Of a DNA stretch of 64,000 bases, positions 52,426 through 64,000 are shown one piece after another. Origin of the DNA: Octopus vulgaris (lineage: Eukaryota); assembly GCA_951406725.2 (NCBI GenBank), contig OX597840.1, positions 1,922,001 to 1,986,000 of the forward strand, given 5' to 3'. Position 1 is the first letter of the stretch. Each line of letters begins with the position of its first letter. The notes beneath the pieces are model-generated. The model made no database searches, was not told where the DNA came from, and saw only the letters and a program-made list of their open reading frames with translations. Made by a program: the position numbers and the translations under genes.

Positions 52426-52962
52426 ACAAACAGTAATGCTGAACCGCAAGCAGAGCAACATCCTGAATCCAGTGAGGACTCCTTGTTTGTAAAAAAATAT
52501 AACTACAGACAACGACCCCCACTGAACCCAAGAGACGAAAGTCTTACCTTGCAACAGCTTCTATTTTGCAAGCTAAACACTGCCGGCTATCTTCATCAGT
52601 ACAAAACACAATGACGCATGCGTACACTGACAACAAAGACTCATGGGTAAGCAAGCTACTCAACATACAGCCACTCCTGCGCCTAGAAAAAATCTTTAAT
52701 CTTGGTGGTTGAGTCTCTAATATTTTCTATATTTTCTTTGATTTTTCACAGGAATTATCCGCTAAATTAACGCTGGTTGATCTATTGTGCTGTGTGGGTT
52801 GTTTTCTGCGATGAATATAGGGTTCAAGCCTTTTTTCTTTTTGTTTTAAAAAGGGGACTTTATATTCTGTTCTGAGCTTCTTAGGAAACAACCATGGATT
52901 TAATCATTATGGTTTGAAAAATTTATAATTTCTTGTGTTTTGTGGTTTCTTCCTCATCTCAT

Positions 52963-53048
52963 TCTTCTTCTTCTTCTTCTTCTTCTTCTTCTTCTTCTTC
53001 TTCTTCTTCTTCTTCTTCTTCTTCTTCTTCTTCTTCTTCTTCTTCTAC

Positions 53049-53080
<32 letters not shown>

Positions 53081-53203
53081 CTTCTTCTTCTTCTTCTTCT
53101 TCTCCTCCTATTTTTTTCTTCTTTCTCTTCATTTTCTTCCTCTTTTTTCTCTTATTTTGTTTTTCTTTTCATTATTCTCATTTTCTGAATCAATCATCAC
53201 TCT

Positions 53204-53250
<47 letters not shown>

Positions 53251-53271
53251 TTCTTATTATTATTATTATTA

Positions 53272-53329
<58 letters not shown>

Positions 53330-53350
53330 GATGATTATGATGATGATGAT
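52963..53350. repeat. (TTC)n-(TTA)n compound microsatellite
   Basis: Directly visible. Confidence 0.95.
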
Positions 53351-53819
53351 CCTCATCATTACCATCATCGTCAACATCATTATCGCTATTGGCGATATAG
53401 AGCATTTTTAAACGAATCCATACAATAAATTGCCCGTACAACAAAATTGAGGAAAACGAAAAGAATTTATTCTCGGATATGTATGTTGATTATAAAGCTA
53501 ACAGGCATACATTTACACACAGATACACAAATAAATTTATACGCATAATTGCAGGTGAAAACACAAAAAATCGAAAACAAAAATACAGAAAAGGTTACGC
53601 AAATAGAATAACAAAAAATAACCTATTTGGGAACGCATAGCCTTTTGTATATGAACTCGTATTAAACTAGCAAGATGGGATTTAAAGATATACATATATA
53701 TATATAGGGAGAGAGAAAGCCATATATATGCATATGTATGTTTGCGTGTGTGTGTAGTTGTCTGTGTGTCTGTATATGTAAACATATATATATATATATA
53801 TAAATATATATACACACAA

Positions 53820-53896
<77 letters not shown>

Positions 53897-54261
53897 TATA
53901 TATATGAACATCTACATATATAGATATAGATGCATCTAGATACATACACAAATGTAGATACATACACGCACACACACACCATATATTTACAAATGCACAT
54001 ACATACATATGAATTTATATATGTACAAAATATGTGCACACATATATATATATATATTTATACACACACAGAGACATATATGTGTGTGTTTGTGTGTGTA
54101 TACACACGCACACCACAAACACATACATATATAAACCGCCACGCATTTACATGTTTACATATACATAAATGTATATATATATTCATACATGTGTGTATAT
54201 ATATTTATATTAAATAAATATTATATGGATATATCAGTATTATATATATATTGTTTCTTCT

Positions 54262-54478
54262 CAAGCCATACCTGGCTCATTAGGGTCGGTTTCCCGGATC
54301 CTTTGGTTACCCACCTGGACGGGGCAACGGTACGTCGCAGGTAACCTGCAAGATGCAGGAAGAAAGAGTGAGAGAAAGTTGAGGCGAAAGAGGCCGCAGA
54401 GGTTTGCCCGTACCTCCTGCCGGAGCCGCATGGAACTTTGGTATTTCGCTCATAAACACAAATATCGCCCGGTCTGAG
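54262..54478 (-). mobile_element. SINE of the 50564 type, headless
   Basis: Reverse complement of ~50625-50845. Confidence 0.8.
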
Positions 54479-54841
54479 ATTTTTTCCTACCCTATATTAA
54501 AATTAAGAAATATATATATATTGTTTTGTCTCATTTTGTCTCAAAGTCGTATGACGCCCCCGTATCATTCCTGTTTTTATTCGTTACTGTAAATTTTATC
54601 TTCGTCTCTTGTTTTCCTGTTCGTCTCTGTTGTCACATTCTTTTCTTCTACCAAGCAAATCTAATGCCCATAGCTTAGCTTTTGCCTTGGGGCTGGCCTT
54701 TTCGGAGCAAATCTCAGAGTTAAACAGCCGAAATTTGCCATGATGAATTGGTTTCTGACTGAAGAATGACGGCTCTGAATTACTGTCCGTTTTTCCGTGT
54801 TTGTCAATTCGTGAATTTCACGTTCTTTATATATAAGTTTT

Positions 54842-54885
<44 letters not shown>

Positions 54886-54909
54886 ACTTTATGAAATACA
54901 TACACTCTT

Positions 54910-55128
54910 TACTCCCCGCAAGGGGCTAAACACAGAGGGGAGAAAGAAAGATAGACAAACGGATTAAGTCCATTATATTGACCCCAGTGCGTAACTGGTA
55001 CTTATTTAATTGACCCCGAAAGGATGAAAGGCAAAGTCGACCTCGGCAGAATTTGAACTCAGAACGTAAGGACAGACGAAATAGCGCTAAGCATTTCGCC
55101 AGGTGTGCTAACGTTTCTGCCAGCTCGC
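54910..55128 (-). mobile_element. SINE family B
   Basis: Matches 4052-4278. Confidence 0.85.
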
Positions 55129-55731
55129 CAGCGTCACATAGAATGGGACAAAGCTGGCTCTTTGAAATGCAAGCAGAACTTACTTTCACCAGCTTAGTGG
55201 GCTGGAGTAGCGTAAAGGTAAGTTTCTTGTACAAGGAAACAGCGCAGCACTGTGAACCGAACTCACGACCTCATGACCTGAGTGTTGTGAGGTGAATACC
55301 CTAACGAAGAAGGCACTCGCATCACGCTGTTTAATATCGTCATTTCATGGATGTATAATGTGTTTTTTTTTTGATATTTCTTTCATCAAATATTAGAAGA
55401 CTATAGTAATGTCGGTTCTTGAGGCAGTAAGAATATTAATATCATATTATAAGGATTTCATCAGACAACATAAGTCATTAGTTTAGTGATGTCATCAGCC
55501 AAAAGAAATGTTTTGGTAGGGTATTTGTATCAGATTATTACAAGTTTTTGTGGTACATATTTCATCAAACAAAAGATGTAATTCGCTGCAATTATTTCAT
55601 TAGACAATACGTGTTTTTAGAATAGACATTTGAACAGTAAATATATCTTTATTATAATCATATCAAAGAACAAAATCGCTCAAGCACCTATACGTGGAAT
55701 TTGGATTGTAGTTTCATAAAAATAATACAGA

Positions 55732-56433
55732 TATTCAAGAAAATATACATGTATTTTGGATAGTAATTTTATAAAATAGAAATAAAAATTCATTTCATGA
55801 GAAAATAACCTGCATATTTACAAGCAAACTATTTCTACATGGTTTAAGCAAAACCATTTCATGAAACGCAACAAGCTTCATCAGACAATGGAGGTCATTA
55901 TATAATGATAGGAAGCAACGGCAGCCATTTTCGTATCGGCATTTCATCATATTACAGAGTGTTTTCGGCATACATATTTCATCAAAGCGTTGAGGCTTTT
56001 GATACATAATTGTTATATTAATAAGGTCCTGTCGGTTTCCGATTGCATTCTCATTACATCAGCATTTGCATTACGTTATACTGCTGCCAGACAAGTTCAC
56101 GACAAGGCCAAGGAAAATCATATATATTGCGTTCCAAAAGTTGCGAAGAAACTTCGATATAATCAATCTATGAAAGAACAGACAAGGAAACCTCGAGCAA
56201 ACTAGAAGCAGTTGTACTGATTAGATTTCAATGATTAAATCTGATATTGTATATCGGCTGCGGATATTTCTTCGCATTTGCTTGCACGATGCTGTCCGAG
56301 TGTGCATGGAAATATATATGTATGCATACCAATGTATTTATGTACATATGTATATGCATACACTCACACACGCATATATACATATGTATACATATATATA
56401 AAATCGGTATATGTAAACACATAGTTATATCTG

Positions 56434-56521
<88 letters not shown>

Positions 56522-56569
56522 ATATTTAGGACTGTTCATTTTGCCAGTTTAGCCAATAAATATATAAAC

Positions 56570-56617
<48 letters not shown>

Positions 56618-56708
56618 GAAAATATACATGTATTTTGGATAGTAATTTTAATAATTATAAAAAAATCATTTCATGAGAATATAACCGACTTACGTACAAG
56701 CAAACTGT
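55732..56708. repeat. ~100-bp direct repeat pair (55732-55830 and 56611-56708)
   Basis: tattcaagaaaatatacatgtattttggatagtaatttta is identical in both; the following sequence is diverged. Confidence 0.85.
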
Positions 56709-56794
56709 ATATAACACACACACACACACACATATATATACACACACACACACATATATATAAAGTGTAAATTTGTGTGTATGTAGATATATAA

Positions 56795-56846
<52 letters not shown>

Positions 56847-57489
56847 ATACATATATACGAATATACTTATCGGTTAACATGCATAATACTAATTTGTTAT
56901 GAATCATAACATGTCTATAGCAGTGTGTATAAGTGTGTCCTTGTAGGTAAATATTATATAAATGCGCCATACGCACGAACACGCGTATACTGTTTGTATG
57001 TGTGTATGTGAGCGCGTGCGTGTGTGCTCTTGTGTTTGTGTGCGTTTGTATGCGTGCAGTATGCATTTGTCTGTGAGTGCATATGTAAAAATGGTGTGAT
57101 TGTTGGATCATAGGGCTATCACAAGATTGTACGAAGATTTTGGAGTTAAGAAGTTGATATGAATATGAGAAGCAGAGATGTGATACGAAAAAGGAGAGGA
57201 ATGATTATGGATATTAGGAATATCAGAACAAAAAACCACGGAACTGAATGTGATAACACAAGGAAATAATATTGCTATAACAAGAAAAAAAAACAGGAAA
57301 TCAGCGGATCACAATATTAATGGAGATGATGATGATACTAATAATAATAAGAATAACAATATGAATAATAAACTTGGTGTGCATGAGGTGGTGTAGGTTA
57401 AAACCATATATATATATATATATATATATACATAAACACGCACATATATATGTAGATAGATTTATATATACATTCCTATATATATATGC

Positions 57490-57524
<35 letters not shown>

Positions 57525-57761
57525 TAAATATATATATATATACATATATATATATATGCATATATTCACACATGTATGAATACGTGAATGTATGTATTTA
57601 TAATTATATGTATATTTATATATATATATATACATATATATATATTTATATATATATGTTTACATAGCCATATACATATATAAAGATATATATGCATAAA
57701 ATAAATAAATAATATATATATTCATATATGTATGTATGCATGTATACATATATACATATAC

Positions 57762-57845
<84 letters not shown>

Positions 57846-57991
57846 ATATACGGATTTAGATATCTGAAGTAGATAATATGATGGCAAATGAGTTGTGATA
57901 TATGAAAACGCTATATTTTTGTTATCGCAATATCAATTGATTATATACTTCGGTCGGAACCGTAATTGGACTCACCTTATACGATACACTG

Positions 57992-58033
<42 letters not shown>

Positions 58034-58166
58034 TTGTGCGAGCGTGTGTAAGCGTGTGTGTATGTGTGTGTATGGATGTGTATGTATGTGCATGTATGTA
58101 TAATTGACTGTAGAAATAAAGAAATATGCTGATGTTCTAATCTCCGTATTCATTGTAATTGTCTTA

Positions 58167-58206
<40 letters not shown>

Positions 58207-59086
58207 ATATTATAATTATACATATATATTTACATATATACATACATACATATGTGTGTGTCACTGTTTTTAAGAACACGTATAGTAACCTGTTGTTTTC
58301 AATCTCATACAGATGTGTGAATGGATGCAAAGATATAGGTATTTTCCCGTGATACTGGGTATGTGCATACCTTTGTGTGCGCGCGTAAGTGAGTTCTTGC
58401 ATATCGATTTCAGTTCTATGCTAAAAATGAAACAAATCATCCACCCCTCTTCAGTTAAGTTTGTTGCAAAAAATAAGCAAATTCAAAAATTTAAAAACAT
58501 TCACCTCAACCATGCTTGTGTGTTCATGTGAAATTCCAAGGAACGTTAAAAGAATAACTAAGTGAATAATTTATGAATATATAAAGGTTTTATTTTAAAT
58601 AATTAATTATACTTTTAGTGGCAACCAAAACATGAATTGTACAGGTAAGTTTTAAAATATTATGGTACTAGAAAGTACCAGCTTTGCTAGAAATACGAGT
58701 CAGATGGCCTCCAAAATCACCATGCTTTTTTTTCAAAGATAGAGAGAGTGGGGAGAGAGAGAATAAAGAGATATAACCTCCATAAGGTAATTCAATTAAT
58801 ACTGAAAGATATTATATAAATTTAAATATATTATTATTAATGTTGTACTAAAGATTTCTACACATTAAAACGACGTTATTATTAATATCGTGCTAAAAAT
58901 TTCTATATTAAAATATACATTAAAAATACACCTTAAAACGACGACGCGCGTTTCGTGGCTACATATACGAATCTACAATATCAGAATTCATAATGAAAAA
59001 TTAATATTCCGTTGATCCAACTATACATAGCCAAGCTTCAGGTCTCAATATCATAAGATAAATTAACAACATAGATGCAGATATAA

Positions 59087-59142
<56 letters not shown>

Positions 59143-60007
59143 ATATATATCCTTGTGTGTGTGTAGAAGAATATTTTTTAAAAGATTGATTAACTTCATA
59201 AGATCCCTTGTTCAGATCTATTGTCCGGCATCTAGGACCGTTGTCGTTCGTTGTAACCACGATTCGCCTAATATTTATGTGAAGAAAAAAATTAAGTTTA
59301 AACAGAGTGTGTATGGATATTCTTCATATGGGATTTATAATTCAAAGTCCTATTCGTGGAGCAGTGAAAAGCAGTATGCAGAGGATGCGTGTCATTAATC
59401 GATGTGTTACTCAGCTCTAAATCAATGATATGTTTCTTCACTTGATCGGAAAACTAAATAGTCATCGTCGTAAGAGACGAATTTCTATTTTTATGTGGAC
59501 ACGCGTTTGAAAGTGAAAGTATCCAATTTATACGGATCTATCAGCGGTTCCTTGATGATGAGCGGGCAATTGTATAAACACCCTCGTAAATGACAAAGAG
59601 CCACTCCATTTTTTTCTTTTTACATGTGTATGAGTGGTTGTATGTATTTTTCGGTCTTTTGGCAATGAAAATCGCAGCGGAATTCTGAAGCGTATGCAAG
59701 TTGATTGAAGATAAGTATACTTCATTTAACCGAACCGCGTAAATTCATCCTCTTAACAGACATAGATCCCTCTCACTCTCTTTCTCTCTACGCAAACGCA
59801 TGCACGTTCATATACACATGTACTCACAAACACACACATGCAAGCATACCTGTACGTACACATGCACAGACACACAGGGACACATGCACACACGTGAACG
59901 CACACATACACGCGCACGTACAAACACAGACTGAAATATAAGTACGTAAATATGTATAAATATATTTGCATTTATCTACCTACCTCTCTTTCTCTCACTC
60001 TCTCTTG

Positions 60008-60043
<36 letters not shown>

Positions 60044-60219
60044 GTATGTATGTATATATATATATGTATGTCTCTATAGATAGATACATGTATACGTATA
60101 TAGATAGATAGATAGATATATAGATAGATAGATATATAGACAAATAGATATAGATAGATAGATAGATAGATAGATACGTAGATATATAGATATATGGATA
60201 GATTGATAGATAGATAGAG

Positions 60220-60263
<44 letters not shown>

Positions 60264-60292
60264 GCGTAGATATATAGATATATGGATAGATT

Positions 60293-60332
<40 letters not shown>

Positions 60333-60477
60333 TATGGATAGATATGTAGATAGGTAGGTAGGTAGGTAGATAGATATATATATAGAGAGAGAGACAGGTA
60401 GATAGATAGATGATGGATAGATAGATACGTAGCTAGATAGATAGGTAGGTAGATATATAGATATATATAGAGATAGG

Positions 60478-60542
<65 letters not shown>

Positions 60543-60607
60543 GGATAGATAGAGAGATAGATAGATAGATAGATAGACAGATGGATAGCTGCATGCCTAT
60601 GTGTGAT

Positions 60608-60654
<47 letters not shown>

Positions 60655-60910
60655 CAAGTTCGCTAATATTTTTGTTTTTTTGTTCCTATCTCTTACACGA
60701 GTCAGTGTTTTGCTCTCGAGCCAAACCCTTATGTAATCAATGTTGTAAACAAGCCGAAGTGCAAATGCAATACCAATATGGCTTCTAATATTATATGTTC
60801 TGCAATGGTGTGTATTATAATTTTCCTATATATGGATGGGCAGCTGTATATGAAAGGATTCTTTGCCAATGATGCAAACAGTGAAAACTATGTTTCTGTA
60901 CTTGCTTCTT

Positions 60911-60984
<74 letters not shown>

Positions 60985-61260
60985 GCGCATATATCCGTAA
61001 ATATGTACTCTGACAGACCCACACTTACACATACACGTACATGTATACAGTTGAGAATGTATATACGTGTTATATATAGGTGCTTATATGCGTGTCTACT
61101 TAGAGAAGCTATGCGTACAAAGTGGAATCAAATGTGTAGGACACTTGTAGAATTATAATCATTATACAATCATGTTAAATGCTCACTTTACCTCACTATA
61201 AACATGTGTATATATATGTGTGTGTGTACATACATATACATATCTATATACTTATATATA

Positions 61261-61298
<38 letters not shown>

Positions 61299-61401
61299 AT
61301 ATTGAGGTCGCCTTCTTTCTTTGGTTATCTTACCGTTTTTACCGATATATATATATATATTTGTGTGTATGTGTATATATATATATATACATATTTACAT
61401 A

Positions 61402-61442
<41 letters not shown>

Positions 61443-61529
61443 TTATATACTTATATATATATGTATATATATGTATGCATGCATGTATGTATATATACAA
61501 CATCGACATCAATTACAAACAGGCTAACT

Positions 61530-63830
61530 AAAATGGAATAAGCGGCGTAAATTGACTTTGCAAATATTGCGTCAGATAAGGCATTGGTTAACATGTCATT
61601 GGAAAAGAAAATAGAAATACGAAACAAAGAAGCAAAATATATGAGAATGATTTGAAGGAGGGAAGAACTGAGGCCTCTAAGTGACGTGCTTGAACCAACA
61701 GTCAAACGGACAGTTGTCTACAGGTGCGTGAACCAAAAGACAAGGAAACTCTAAAATGCTAAATGCGACCAGGTGGAAAAAACCTTGAAAGGCATATGGC
61801 AAGATATCCACCATATTGTGAGAATGATGCAATACGGCGGAGAAGATGTCCTTTTTAAAACAGAGGGGCAGGAGACCGAGAGCTCGGTGACAACCCGTTG
61901 CACCGAGGATATCGCACACTTCCCAACGTACGTGGAAATAAGGGTGGTACGAATTACGGTACCTGGAATCTATCATAATTCCTGGCCTGGATTTATGATG
62001 GATTCACGCCTGTATTTGTACGGACGGAGGAGAGTATCTCCTGGATGAGAAAAGATCGAGGAGGGAGAATTTGGGACCACCTTAGAGGTTCTTCTCCACT
62101 TGATGACAGAGCATTGAATGGAAGTCCCAGACCTGATTCCCCTCTCACATGGAGTAGAACTAAGGGTGAACGTGGCGGGCAAAAAGCCGAGGTGCCACGA
62201 TAGTTAATCGATGGTCCACTTATGTTTTTTTTTTCTGCCCGCAGAACGAGAACAGAAAGGCAGAAAGAAATATCCAAACAAAAGCATCACAACTCATGTG
62301 TTGACAAAAAGAACAAGACCAGCATCCACAACAGTAGAAAGGCAGGCGAATAGAAACAGAAATTGAACCCGAGGTGTTGCAGTGAAGATGGCAGTGGAAG
62401 TAGCATCAGCAGTAGTAGCAGCAGCTGCACTATCAGGAACAGGACCACCACTAATAACTACATGAGAAGTAGAACAAACAATACCACAAGAATACATACA
62501 AGACATGGACTCCTCCACGCATCGAAGTGATGATGAAGGAGAAATCCTAAAGGCAAAAAAAATACAGACACAAAGAAAGATAAATCCAAGAAATGGCAAA
62601 CACAGACACACTAATGACAACACCAACACTACAAGCAACACAATCACCAACACCATCACAAACATCCACAATGGAATCGAAAATACAGCAAACATTAAAA
62701 AGGAAAATGTCACAGCGACAAAAACCATTCGCGCAGCAGCGAGATTTCGTGCTAGTGAAGAGGGCCATTGAAAAGCTGATGGCGCTCATAGCAAAAAATG
62801 AGAACATTGAAACAGAGGGGCTGATCTGCAGCCCCATCCCTTTTAGAGTACCAGAGAGCCTAATGATGGTGCGTATAACATTAGAGATTTAAAGGAGCAT
62901 TAGGTGGATCTACCCGTATCACACTGGATTTCCCAGTGAAACGGACAGCAGGTGGCTTTGAATGGGATTCCCAGAGGAACCCAACAAAACAGACAGGTTG
63001 GGGGAACCACTCAAACCTAAACAGCACCAGCAGAGTAAGTGATAATCCCTTTTCCTTTCCTTACTTCTAGGACAGCATAGCGTAGATTGTATAAATGTAC
63101 GTGCCTTGCGGTTGTCATGAAAGCAAGGACACTTGCGCAACGAACGCACGTGTATAAGTATGGATGTAATAGCCGCCAGTGAGACCAGTATCGCGCACAG
63201 ACCGGCCGTGGCTCTTATTTTGTCTTAGTCGACTGGGAATGGGCGTAGGATGGCTGTGTTGTTCAGAAAAGGCCTGGATCTCCAGGTAGGTCGGTCTTTC
63301 TGGACTCGGAAGGTAAGTCGGTGGTCCTGGACGTGAACGATAACGAAGGCAGTGCTTTTAGACGGGTTGCAGTGTATGCACCAACTGGAGTGCGGAGGTC
63401 GGAGTTTTTCACCTCTTGGACAGATTCAGACTGGGTTTTCCGGATTCTCTGGTGTGGACATGGGAAAACATATTCGGATCATGCAGATCTTATCTAGTTA
63501 GGGTATTCTGTAGGCCACCAGTAGGAATATTATACTCTGTATAGGTTGTCTAATTTGTCATCTACATAGACTACAAAATTTGTGATCTCTGCGTTTGACA
63601 TAGGCAGGGATCCGGATATTGGAAGCTGAATGCCTCCTTCCCGGCGTGTCAAGCTTTCAGTGACGTTCTTAACAAGTCCATCAAAGGTTGATAGTTGTAA
63701 TCGTCAAAAACCGATGGTGGGGGACCCTAAAGCGGGAGATAATGGTAGAAGTCGTGGAATTTCGCTGAGAACTTGCGATAGGGAAGACTAGATTAGAGGG
63801 TGACCTAGTTAGATAATTAGAAGATAATTA
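61530..63830 (+). mobile_element. Decayed L1/Tx1-like retrotransposon (ORF1 + APE endonuclease start of ORF2)
   Basis: Degenerate CCHC knuckle VAGKKPRCHDS*SMVHL...CP (~62170-62240); APE motifs INVRAL, DVIAASET, AVLFRK and VAVYAPT; post-EN motif GSGYWKLNAS (~63608-63637). Confidence 0.8.
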
Positions 63831-64000
63831 GAGTTTGTTGAAAAGAACTGATGTCAGTTTTCACAACACTAACTCTCATCGCAGAACTGTAGCACTCGGC
63901 AGCAGGTGCATTCAGTGTCGGAATCTGTCATGTGTGAAATATAGATGACCAATCATACACACAAATTCTGATGCGAATTCCACAACGATTTGGCATGTTA

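Noticed and set aside
58938-58990. Minus-strand GAAA cgcgcg TC half-hammerhead
   Set aside because: No canonical CUGANGA or helix I partner upstream.

Overview
Repeat-saturated eukaryotic DNA with no convincing host protein-coding exon, so probably intronic or intergenic. The (TA)n/(CA)n/(GATA)n/(TAA)n density and the SINE set suggest an octopus (coleoid cephalopod) genome; this is an inference. Almost all ORFs in the six-frame track are microsatellite translations. Real coding remnants are all transposon-derived: a 5'-truncated Penelope-like element (RT C-terminus, Cys linker, GIY-YIG); a young 5'-truncated CR1/Jockey-group LINE with an open RT frame, plus older copies; an RTE 3' end; two decayed L1/Tx1-like elements; a Tc1 and a mariner remnant; a non-autonomous Helitron; and several tRNA-headed SINE families. 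The most notable signal is a high density of type I hammerhead ribozyme motifs (CUGANGA...GAAA...UH). About 8 have a canonical core and several more are variants. They belong to many apparently unrelated short elements, mostly sit in or beside (TA)n tracts, and several are built as fold-back palindromes or inverted-plus-tandem repeats. Other observations: a LINE-SINE 3' tail partnership with a covarying stem-loop, a (TAA)n-associated element, and SINE multimers joined by microhomology. All motifs and alignments were read by eye, and boundaries of degraded elements are approximate.
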